This document shows positions 1 through 11,400 of a DNA stretch of 64,000 nucleotides, in pieces. Within the stretch, counting starts at the first letter, position 1. Every line of letters begins with the position of its first letter. Under the pieces are notes generated by a model that did not search any database, was not told the DNA's origin, and was given only the letters and a program-made list of their open reading frames with translations. The stretch lies in the NCBI RefSeq assembly GCF_009914755.1, contig NC_060926.1; one strand, written 5' to 3'. The translations under genes and the position numbers were made by a program. This stretch comes from the human T2T-CHM13v2.0 reference genome, Homo sapiens.

Positions 1-207
1 AGTATCTGGATGTGGACATTTGGAGCGCTTTCAGGCCTATGGTGAAAAAGGAAATATCTTCTCCTGAAATCTAGACAGAAGCATTCTCAGAATCTTATTT
101 GTGATGTGCACCCTCAACTAACAGTGTTGAAGCTTTCTTTTGATAGAGCAGTTTTGAAACACTCTTTTCGTAAAATCTGCAAGAGGACATTTGGATAGCT
201 TTGAGGA

Positions 208-224
208 TTTCGTTGGAAACGGGA
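208..224 (+). other. CENP-B box, first in the window (about 190 box positions overall, one per dimer)
   Basis: tttcgttggaaacggga matches YTTCGTTGGAARCGGGA and keeps the core NTTCGNNNNANNCGGGN. The count is estimated as 64000/340. Confidence 0.95.
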
Positions 225-588
225 TTGTCTTCATATAAACTCTAGACAGAAGCATTCTCAGAAGCTTCATTGGGATGTTTCAACTGAAGTCACAGTGTTG
301 AACAGTCCCTTTCATAGAGCAGGTTTGAAACACTCTTTTTGTAGTATCTGGAAGTGGACATTTGGAGCGCTCTCAGGACTGCGGTGAAAAAGGAAATATC
401 TTCCAATAAAAGCTAGATAGAAGCAATGTCAGAAACTTTTTCATGATGTATCTACTCAGCTAACAGAGTTGAACCTTCCTTTGAGAGAGCAGTTTTGAAA
501 CACTCTTTTTGTGGAATCTGCAAGTGGATATTTGTCTAGCTTTGAGGATTTCGTTGGAAACGGGATTACATATAAAAAGCAGACAGCG

Positions 589-926
589 ACATTCCCAGAA
601 ACTTCTTTGTGATGTTTGCATTCAAGTCACAGAGTTGAACATTCCCTTTCATAGAGCAGGTTTGAAACAATCTTTTTGTAGTATCTGGATGTGGACATTT
701 ACAGCGCTTTCAGGCCTAAGGTGAAAAAGGAAATATCTTCCCCTGAAAACTAGACAGAAGCATTCTCAGAAACTTATTTGTGATGTGCGCCCTCAACTAA
801 CAGTGTTGAAGCTTTCTTTTGATAGAGCAGTTTTGAAAAACTCTTTTTGTGGAATCTGCAAGTGGATATTTGTCTAGCTTTGAGGATTTCGTTGGAAACG
901 GGATTACATATAAAAAGCAGACAGCA
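589..926 (+). repeat. 338-bp dimer HOR variant: C plus D/B hybrid monomer
   Basis: The monomer at 760 starts as D (ttatttgtgatgtgcgccctc) and ends as B (gtggaatctgcaagtgg...ggattacatat). The 338 spacing recurs at ORF pairs 509/847, 2887/3225, 5265/5603, 9002/9340, 14099/14437, 15116/15454, 17493/17831, 22590/22928, 25648/25986. Confidence 0.92.
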
Positions 927-2246
927 GCATTCCCAGAATCTTGTTTGTGATGTTTGCATTCAAGTCACAGAGTTGAACATTCCCTTTCAGAGAGCAGGTT
1001 TGAAACACTCTTTTTGTAGTATCTGGATGTGGACATTTGGAGCGCTTTCAGGCCTATGGTGAAAAAGGAAATATCTTCTCCTGAAAACTAGACAGAAGCA
1101 TTCTCAGAAACTTATTTGTGATGTGCGCCCTCAACTAACAGTGTTGAACCTTTCTTTTGATAGAGCAGTTTTGAAACACTCTTTTTGTAATATCTGCAAG
1201 AGGATATTTGGATAGCTTTGAGGATTTCGTTGGAAACGGGATTGTCTTCATATAAACTCTAGACAGAAGCATTCTCAGAAGCTTCATTGGGATGTTTCAA
1301 TTGAAGTCACAGTGTTGAACAGTTCCTTTCATAGAACAGGTTTGAAACACTCTTTTTGTAGTATCTGGAAGTGGACATTTGGAGCGCTCTCAGGACTATG
1401 GTGAAAAAGGAAATATCTTCCAATAAAAGCTACATAGAAGAAATGTCAGAAACTTTTTCATGATGTATCTACTCAGCTAACAGAGTTGAACCTTTCCTTT
1501 GAGAGAGCAGTTTTGAAACACTCTTTTTGTGGAATCTGTAAGTGGATATTTGTCTAGCTTTGAGGATTTCGTTGGAAACGGGATTACATATAAAAAGCAG
1601 ACAGCAGCATTCCCAGTAACTTCTTTGTGATGTTTGCATTCAAGTCACAGAGTTGAACATTCCCTTTCATAGAGCAGGTTTGAAACACTCTTTTTGTAGT
1701 ATCTGGATGTGGACATTTGGAGCGCTTTCAGGCCTATGGTGAAAAAGGAAATATCTTCCCCTGAAAACTAGACAGAAGCATTCTCAGAAACTAATTTGTG
1801 ATGTGCGCCCTCAACTAACAGTGTTGAAGCTTTCTTTTGATAGAGCAGTTTTGAAACACTCTTTTTGTAATATCTGCAAGAGGATATTTGGATATCTTTG
1901 AGGATTTCGTTGGAAACGGGATTGTCTTCATATAAACTCTAGACAGAAGCATTCTCAGAATCTTCATTGGGATGTTTCAATTGAAGTCACAGTGTTGAAC
2001 AGTCCCTTTCATAGAGCAGGTTTGAAACACTCTTTTTGTAGTATCTGGAAGTGGACATTTGGAGAGATCTCAGGAATACGGGGATAAAGGAAATATCTTC
2101 CAACAAAAGCTAGATAGAAGCAAAGTCAGAAACTTTTTCATGATGTATCTACTCAGCTAACAGAGTTGAACCTTTCTTTTGAGAGAGCAGTTTTGAAACA
2201 CTCTTTTTGTGGAATCTGCAAGTGGATATTTGTCTAGCTTTGAGGA

Positions 2247-2263
2247 TTTCGTTGGAAACGGGA
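2247..2263 (+). other. CENP-B box in monomer B (representative)
   Basis: tttcgttggaaacggga followed by the B-specific ttacatat. Confidence 0.95.
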
Positions 2264-2584
2264 TTACATATAAAAAGCAGACAGCAGCATTCCCAGAAAC
2301 TTCTTTGTGAAGTTTGCATTCAAGTCACAGAGTTGAACATTCCCTTTCATAGAGCAGGTTTGAAACACTCTTTTTGTAGTATCTGTATGTGGACATTTGG
2401 AGCGCTTTCAGGCCTATGGTGAAAAAGGAAATATCTTCCCCTGAAAACTAGACAGAAGCATTCTCAGAATCTTATTTGTGATGTGCGCCCTCAACTAACA
2501 GTGTTGAAGCTTTCTTTTGATAGAGCAGTTTTGAAACACTCTTTTTGTAAAATCTGCAAGAGGATATTTGGATAGCTTTGAGGA

Positions 2585-2601
2585 TTTCGTTGGAAACGGG
2601 A
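2585..2601 (+). other. CENP-B box in monomer D (representative)
   Basis: tttcgttggaaacggga followed by the D-specific ttgtcttcat; 338 bp from the B box. Confidence 0.95.
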
Positions 2602-5600
2602 TTGTCTTCATATAAACTCTAGACAGAAGCATTCTCAGAAGCTTCATTGGGATGTTTCAATTGAAGTCACAGTGTTGAACAGTCCCTTTCATAGAGCAGG
2701 TTTGAAACACTCTTTTTGTAGTATCTGGAAGTGGACATTTGGAGCGCTCTCAGGACTACGGTGAAAAAGGAAGTATCTTCCAATAAAAGCTAGATAGAAG
2801 CAATGTCAGAAACTTTTTCATGATGTATCCACTCAGCTAACAGAGTTGAACCTTTCTTTTGAGAGAGCAGTTTTGAAACACTCTTTTTGTGGAATCTGCA
2901 AGTGGATATTTGTCTAGCTTTGAGGATTTCGTTGGAAACGGGATTACATATAAAAAGCAGACAGCAGCATTCCCAGAAACTTCTTTGTGATGTTTGCATT
3001 CAAGTCACAGAGTTGAACATTCCCTTTCATAGAGCAGGTTTGAAACACTCTTTTTGTAGTATCTGGATGTGGACATTTGGAGCGCTTTCAGGCCTATGGT
3101 GAAAAAGGAAATATCTTCCCCTGAAAACTAGACAGAAGCATTCTCAGAATGTTATTTGTGATGTGCGCCCTCAACTAACAGTGTTGAAGCTTTCTTTTGA
3201 TAGAGCAGTTTTGAAAAACTCTTTTTGTGGAATCTGCAAGTGGATATTTGTCTAGCTTTGAGGATTTCGTTGGAAACGGGATTACATATAAAAAGCAGAC
3301 AGCAGCATTCCCAGAATCTTGTTTGTGATGTTTGCATTCAAGTCACAGAGTTGAACATTCCCTTTCAGAGAGCAGGTTTGAAACACTCTTTTTGTAGTAT
3401 CTGGATGTGGACATTTGGAGCGCTTTCAGGCCTATGGTGAAAAAGGAAATATCTTCTCCTGAAAACTAGACAGAAGCATTCTCAGAAACTTATTTGTGAT
3501 GTGCGCCCTCAACTAACAGTGTTGAACCTTTCTTTTGATAGAGCAGTTTTGAAACACTCTTTTTGTAATATCTGCAAGAGGATATTTGGATAGCTTTGAG
3601 GATTTCGTTGGAAACGGGATTGTCTTCATATAAACTCTAGACAGAAGCATTCTCAGAAGCTTCATTGGGATGTTTCAATTGAAGTCACAGTGTTGAACAG
3701 TTCCTTTCATAGAACAGGTTTGAAACACTCTTTTTGTAGTATCTGGAAGTGGACATTTGGAGCGCTCTCAGGACTATGGTGAAAAAGGAAATATCTTCCA
3801 ATAAAAGCTACATAGAAGAAATGTCAGAAACTTTTTCATGATGTATCTACTCAGCTAACAGAGTTGAACCTTTCCTTTGAGAGAGCAGTTTTGAAACACT
3901 CTTTTTGTGGAATCTGTAAGTGGATATTTGTCTAGCTTTGAGGATTTCGTTGGAAACGGGATTACATATAAAAAGCAGACAGCAGCATTCCCAGTAACTT
4001 CTTTGTGATGTTTGCATTCAAGTCACAGAGTTGAACATTCCCTTTCATAGAGCAGGTTTGAAACACTCTTTTTGTAGTATCTGGATGTGGACATTTGGAG
4101 CGCTTTCAGGCCTATGGTGAAAAAGGAAATATCTTCCCCTGAAAACTAGACAGAAGCATTCTCAGAAACTAATTTGTGATGTGCGCCCTCAACTAACAGT
4201 GTTGAAGCTTTCTTTTGATAGAGCAGTTTTGAAACACTCTTTTTGTAATATCTGCAAGAGGATATTTGGATATCTTTGAGGATTTCGTTGGAAACGGGAT
4301 TGTCTTCATATAAACTCTAGACAGAAGCATTCTCAGAATCTTCATTGGGATGTTTCAATTGAAGTCACAGTGTTGAACAGTCCCTTTCATAGAGCAGGTT
4401 TGAAACACTCTTTTTGTAGTATCTGGAAGTGGACATTTGGAGAGATCTCAGGAATACGGGGATAAAGGAAATATCTTCCAACAAAAGCTAGATAGAAGCA
4501 AAGTCAGAAACTTTTTCATGATGTATCTACTCAGCTAACAGAGTTGAACCTTTCTTTTGAGAGAGCAGTTTTGAAACACTCTTTTTGTGGAATCTGCAAG
4601 TGGATATTTGTCTAGCTTTGAGGATTTCGTTGGAAACGGGATTACATATAAAAAGCAGACAGCAGCATTCCCAGAAACTTCTTTGTGAAGTTTGCATTCA
4701 AGTCACAGAGTTGAACATTCCCTTTCATAGAGCAGGTTTGAAACACTCTTTTTGTAGTATCTGTATGTGGACATTTGGAGCGCTTTCAGGCCTATGGTGA
4801 AAAAGGAAATATCTTCCCCTGAAAACTAGACAGAAGCATTCTCAGAATCTTATTTGTGATGTGCGCCCTCAACTAACAGTGTTGAAGCTTTCTTTTGATA
4901 GAGCAGTTTTGAAACACTCTTTTTGTAAAATCTGCAAGAGGATATTTGGATAGCTTTGAGGATTTCGTTGGAAACGGGATTGTCTTCATATAAACTCTAG
5001 ACAGAAGCATTCTCAGAAGCTTCATTGGGATGTTTCAATTGAAGTCACAGTGTTGAACAGTCCCTTTCATAGAGCAGGTTTGAAACACTCTTTTTGTAGT
5101 ATCTGGAAGTGGACATTTGGAGCGCTCTCAGGACTACGGTGAAAAAGGAAGTATCTTCCAATAAAAGCTAGATAGAAGCAATGTCAGAAACTTTTTCATG
5201 ATGTATCCACTCAGCTAACAGAGTTGAACCTTTCTTTTGAGAGAGCAGTTTTGAAACACTCTTTTTGTGGAATCTGCAAGTGGATATTTGTCTAGCTTTG
5301 AGGATTTCGTTGGAAACGGGATTACATATAAAAAGCAGACAGCAGCATTCCCAGAAACTTCTTTGTGATGTTTGCATTCAAGTCACAGAGTTGAACATTC
5401 CCTTTCATAGAGCAGGTTTGAAACACTCTTTTTGTAGTATCTGGATGTGGACATTTGGAGCGCTTTCAGGCCTATGGTGAAAAAGGAAATATCTTCCCCT
5501 GAAAACTAGACAGAAGCATTCTCAGAATGTTATTTGTGATGTGCGCCCTCAACTAACAGTGTTGAAGCTTTCTTTTGATAGAGCAGTTTTGAAAAACTCT

Positions 5601-8064
5601 TTTTGTGGAATCTGCAAGTGGATATTTGTCTAGCTTTGAGGATTTCGTTGGAAACGGGATTACATATAAAAAGCAGACAGCAGCATTCCCAGAATCTTGT
5701 TTGTGATGTTTGCATTCAAGTCACAGAGTTGAACATTCCCTTTCAGAGAGCAGGTTTGAAACACTCTTTTTGTAGTATCTGGATGTGGACATTTGGAGCG
5801 CTTTCAGGCCTATGGTGAAAAAGGAAATATCTTCTCCTGAAAACTAGACAGAAGCATTCTCAGAAACTTATTTGTGATGTGCGCCCTCAACTAACAGTGT
5901 TGAACCTTTCTTTTGATAGAGCAGTTTTGAAACACTCTTTTTGTAATATCTGCAAGAGGATATTTGGATAGCTTTGAGGATTTCGTTGGAAACGGGATTG
6001 TCTTCATATAAACTCTAGACAGAAGCATTCTCAGAAGCTTCATTGGGATGTTTCAATTGAAGTCACAGTGTTGAACAGTTCCTTTCATAGAACAGGTTTG
6101 AAACACTCTTTTTGTAGTATCTGGAAGTGGACATTTGGAGCGCTCTCAGGACTATGGTGAAAAAGGAAATATCTTCCAATAAAAGCTACATAGAAGAAAT
6201 GTCAGAAACTTTTTCATGATGTATCTACTCAGCTAACAGAGTTGAACCTTTCCTTTGAGAGAGCAGTTTTGAAACACTCTTTTTGTGGAATCTGTAAGTG
6301 GATATTTGTCTAGCTTTGAGGATTTCGTTGGAAACGGGATTACATATAAAAAGCAGACAGCAGCATTCCCAGTAACTTCTTTGTGATGTTTGCATTCAAG
6401 TCACAGAGTTGAACATTCCCTTTCATAGAGCAGGTTTGAAACACTCTTTTTGTAGTATCTGGATGTGGACATTTGGAGCGCTTTCAGGCCTATGGTGAAA
6501 AAGGAAATATCTTCCCCTGAAAACTAGACAGAAGCATTCTCAGAAACTAATTTGTGATGTGCGCCCTCAACTAACAGTGTTGAAGCTTTCTTTTGATAGA
6601 GCAGTTTTGAAACACTCTTTTTGTAATATCTGCAAGAGGATATTTGGATATCTTTGAGGATTTCGTTGGAAACGGGATTGTCTTCATATAAACTCTAGAC
6701 AGAAGCATTCTCAGAATCTTCATTGGGATGTTTCAATTGAAGTCACAGTGTTGAACAGTCCCTTTCATAGAGCAGGTTTGAAACACTCTTTTTGTAGTAT
6801 CTGGAAGTGGACATTTGGAGAGATCTCAGGAATACGGGGATAAAGGAAATATCTTCCAACAAAAGCTAGATAGAAGCAAAGTCAGAAACTTTTTCATGAT
6901 GTATCTACTCAGCTAACAGAGTTGAACCTTTCTTTTGAGAGAGCAGTTTTGAAACACTCTTTTTGTGGAATCTGCAAGTGGATATTTGTCTAGCTTTGAG
7001 GATTTCGTTGGAAACGGGATTACATATAAAAAGCAGACAGCAGCATTCCCAGAAACATCTTTGTGAAGTTTGCATTCAAGTCACAGAGTTGAACATTCCC
7101 TTTCATAGAGCAGGTTTGAAACACTCTTTTTGTAGTATCTGTATGTGGACATTTGGAGCACTTTCAGGCCTATGGTGAAAAAGGAAATATCTTCCCCTGA
7201 AAACTAGACAGAAGCATTCTCAGAATCTTATTTGTGATGTGCGCCCTCAACTAACAGTGTTGAAGCTTTCTTTTGATAGAGCAGTTTTGAAACACTCTTT
7301 TTGTAAAATCTGCAAAAGGATATTTGGATAGCTTTGAGGATTTCGTTGGAAACGGGATTGTCTTCATATAAACTCTAGACAGAAGCATTCTCAGAAGCTT
7401 CATTGGGATGTTTCAATTGAAGTCACAGTGTTGAACAGTCCCTTTCATAGAGCAGGTTTGAAACACTCTTTTTGTAGTATCTGGAAGTGGACATTTGGAG
7501 CGCTCTCAGGACTACGGTGAAAAAGGAAGTATCTTCCAATAAAAGCTAGATAGAAGCAATGTCAGAAACTTTTTCATGATGTATCCACTCAGCTAACAGA
7601 GTTGAACCTTTCTTTTGAGAGAGCAGTTTTGAAACACTCTTTTTGTGGAATCTGCAAGTGGATATTTGTCTAGCTTTGAGGATTTCGTTGGAAACGGGAT
7701 TACATATAAAAAGCAGACAGCAGCATTCCCAGAAACTTCTTTGTGATGTTTGCATTCAAGTCACAGAGTTGAACATTCCCTTTCATAGAGCAGGTTTGAA
7801 ACACTCTTTTTGTAGTATCTGGATGTGGACATTTGGAGCGCTTTCAGGCCTATGGTGAAAAAGGAAATATCTTCCCCTGAAAACTAGACAGAAGCATTCT
7901 CAGAATCTTATTTGTGATGTGCGCCCTCAACTAACAGTGTTGAAGCTTTCTTTTGATAGAGCAGTTTTGAAACACTCTTTTTGTAAAATCTGCAAGAGGA
8001 TATTTGGATAGCTTTGAGGATTTCGTTGGAAACGGGATTGTCTTCATATAAACTCTAGACAGAA

Positions 8065-8402
8065 GCATTCTCAGAAGCTTCATTGGGATGTTTCAATTGA
8101 AGTCACAGTGTTGAACAGTCCCTTTCATAGAGCAGGTTTGAAACACTCTTTTTGTAGTATCTGGATGTGGACATTTGGAGCGCTTTCAGGCTTATGGTTT
8201 AAAAGGAAATATCTTCCCCTGAAAACTAGACAGAAGCATTCTCAGAAACTTATTTGTGATGTGCGCCCTCAACTAACAGTGTTGAAGCATTCTTTTGATA
8301 GAGCAGTTTTGAAACACTCTTTTTGTGGAATCTGCAAGTGGATATTTGTCTAGCTTTGAGGATTTCGTTGGAAACGGGATTACATATAAAAAGCAGACAG
8401 CA
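8065..8402 (+). repeat. A/C hybrid followed by D/B hybrid (length-neutral replacement of A-B)
   Basis: The monomer at 8065 starts as A (gaagcttcattggg) and ends as C (ggatgtgg...cccctgaaaactag). The next starts as D and ends as B. Also at about 9762, 11802, 19613, 21653, 24710, 30484, 38977, 41697, 45434, 47473, 48833, 55968, 60726, 62765. Confidence 0.9.
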
Positions 8403-11400
8403 GCATTCCCAGAAACTTCTTTGTGATGTTTGCATTCAAGTCACAGAGTTGAACATTCCCTTTCAGAGAGCAGGTTTGAAACACTCTTTATGTAGTATCT
8501 GGATGTGGACATTTGGAGTGCTTTCAAGCCTATGGTGAAAAAGGAAATATCTTCCCCTGAAAACTAGACAGAAGCATTCTGAGAATCTTATTTGTGATGT
8601 GCGCCCTCAACTAACAGTGTTGAAGCTTTCTTTTGATAGAGCAGTTTTGAAACACTCTTTTTGTAATATCTGCAAGAGGATATTTGGATAGCTTTGAGGA
8701 TTTCGTTGGAAACGGGATTGTCTTCATATAAACTCTAGACAGAAGCATTCTCAGAAGCTTCATTGGGATGTTTCAATTGAAGTCACAGTGTTGAACAGTC
8801 CCTTTCATAGAGCAGGTTTGAAACACTCTTTTTGTAGTATCTGGAAGTGGACATTTGGAGCGCTCTCAGGACTGCGGTGAAAAAGGAAATATCTTCCAAT
8901 AAAAGCTAGATAGAAGCAATGTCAGAAACTTTTTCATGATGTATCTACTCAGCTAACAGAGTTGAACCTTCCTTTGAGAGAGCAGTTTTGAAACACTCTT
9001 TTTGTGGAATCTGCAAGTGGATATTTGTCTAGCTTTGAGGATTTCGTTGGAAACGGGATTACATATAAAAAGCAGACAGCAGCATTCCCAGAAACTTCTT
9101 TGTGATGTTTGCATTCAAGTCACAGGGTTGAACATTCCCTTTCATAGAGCAGGTTTGAAACACTCTTTTTGTAGTATCTGGATGTGGACATTTGCAGCGC
9201 TTTCAGGCCTAAGGTGAAAAAGGAAATATCTTCCCCTGTAAACTAGACAGAAGCATTCTCAGAAACTTATTTCTGATGTGCGCCCTCAACTAACAGTGTT
9301 GAAGCTTTCTTTTGATAGAGCAGTTTTGAAACACTCTTTTTGTGGGATCTGCAAGTGGATATTTGTCTAGCTTTGAGGATTTCGTTGGAAACGGGATTAC
9401 ATATAAAAAGCAGACAGCAGCATTCCCAGAATCTTCTTTGTGATGTTTGCATTCAAGTCACAGAGTTGAACATTCCCTTTCATAGAGCAGGTTTGAAACA
9501 CTCTTTTTATAGTATCTGGATGTGGACATTTGGAGCGATTTCAGGCCTATGGTGAAAAAGGAAATATCTTCTCCTGAAAACTAGACAGAAGCATTCTCAG
9601 AATCTTATTTGTGATGTGCGCCCTCAACTAACAGTGTTGAAGCTTTCTTTTGATAGAGCAGTTTTGAAACACTCTTTTTGTAAAATCTGCAAGAGGATAT
9701 TTGGATAGCTTTGAGGATTTCATTGGAAACGGGATTGTCTTCATATAAACTCTAGACAGAAGCATTCTCAGAAGCTTCATTGGGATGTTTCAATTGAAGT
9801 CACAGTGTTGAACAGTCCCTTTCATAGAGCAGGTTTGAAACACTCTTTTTGTAGTATCTGGATGTGGACATTTAGAGCGCTTTCAGGCCTATGGTGAAAA
9901 AGGAAATATCTTCCCCTGAAAACTAGACAGAAGCATTCTCAGAAACTTATTTGTGATGTGCGCCCTCAACTAACAGTGTTGAAGCTTTCTTTTGATAGAG
10001 CAGTTTTGAAACACTCTTTTTGTGGAATCTGCAAGTGGATATTTGTCTAGCTTTGAGGATTTCGTTGGAAACGGGATTACATATAAAAAGCAGACAGCAG
10101 CATTCCCAGTAACTTCTTTGTGATGTTTGCATTCAAGTCACAGAGTTGAACATTCCCTTTCATAGAGCAGGTTTGAAACACTCTTTTTGTAGTATCTGGA
10201 TGTGGACATTTGGAGCGCTTTCAGGCCTATGGTGAAAAAGGAAATATCTTCCCCTGAAAACTAGACAGAAGCATTCTCAGAAACTAATTTGTGATGTGCG
10301 ACCTCAACTAACAGTGTTGAAGCTTTCTTTTGATAGAGCAGTTTTGAAACACTCTTTTTGTAATATCTGCAAGAGGATATTTGCATATCTTTGAGGATTT
10401 CGTTGGAAACGGGATTGTCTTCATATAAACTCTAGACAGAAGCATTCTCAGAAGCTTCATTGGGATGTTTCAATTGAAGTCACAGTGTTGAACAGTCCCT
10501 TTCATAGAGCAGGTTTGAAACACTCTTTTTGTAGTATCTGGAAGTGGACATTTGGAGAGATCTCAGGAATACGGTGATAAAGGAAATATCTTCCAATAAA
10601 AGCTAGATAGAAGCAAAGTCAGAAACTTTTTCATGATGTATCTACTCAGCTAACAGAGTTGAACCTTTCTTTTGAGAGAGCAGTTTTGAAACACTCTTTT
10701 TGTGGAATCTGCAAGTGGATATTTGTCTAGCTTTGAGGATTTCGTTGGAAACGGGATTACATATAAAAAGCAGACAGCAGCATTCCCAGAAACTTCTTTG
10801 TGAAGTTTGCATTCAAGTCACAGAGTTGAACATTCCCTTTCAGAGAGCAGGTTTGAAACACTCTTTTTGTAGTATCTGTATGTGGACATTTGGAGCGCTT
10901 TCAGGCCTATGGTGAAAAAGGAAATATCTTCCCCTGAAAACTAGACAGAAGCATTCTCAGAATCTTATTTGTGATGTGCGCCCTCAACTAACAGTGTTGA
11001 AGCTTTCTTTTGATAGAGCAGTTTTGAAACACTCTTTTTGTAAAATCTGCAAGAGGATATTTGGATAGCTTTGAGGATTTCGTTGGAAACGGGATTGTCT
11101 TCATATAAACTCTAGACAGAAGCATTCTCAGAAGCTTCATTGGGATGTTTCAATTGAAGTCACAGTGTTGAACAGTCCCTTTCATAGAGCAGGTTTGAAA
11201 CAATCTTTTTGTAGTATCTGGAAGTGGACATTTGGAGCGCTCTCAGGACTACGGTGAAAAAGGAAGTATCTTCCAATAAAAGCTAGATAGAAGCAATGTC
11301 AGAAACTTTTTCATGATGTATCCACTCAGCTAACAGAGTTGAACCTTTCTTTTGAGAGAGCAGTTTTGAAACACTCTTTTTGTGGAATCTGCAAGTGGAT

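Larger units (their letters stand above)
1949..2628 (+). repeat. Representative canonical HOR unit: A 1949-2119, B 2120-2286, C 2287-2457, D 2458-2628
   Basis: Monomer starts read directly; 171+167+171+171=680. B ends ggattacatataaaaagcagacagca, D ends ggattgtcttcatataaactctagacagaa. A and C carry ggtgaaaaaggaaatatc (or a variant) at the box-equivalent position. Confidence 0.95.
775..7905 (+). repeat. Three tandem near-identical copies of a 2378-bp 14-monomer super-unit
   Basis: ORF starts 847/3225/5603, 2207/4585/6963 and 2887/5265/7643 are spaced exactly 2378. Rare variants (gaaaaactct, atacggggataa, ccaacaaaag, tatccactc) recur in phase. Confidence 0.92.

Noticed and set aside
570-578. 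TATA-like atataaaaa after the B-type CENP-B box
   Set aside because: Expected in an AT-rich monomer; there is no independent evidence of promoter function.
1296-1305. Palindrome ttcaattgaa in monomer A, plus agcgct, aggcct, gagatctc
   Set aside because: These short dyads are part of the monomer consensus. They are too short to support a cruciform or terminator claim from sequence alone.
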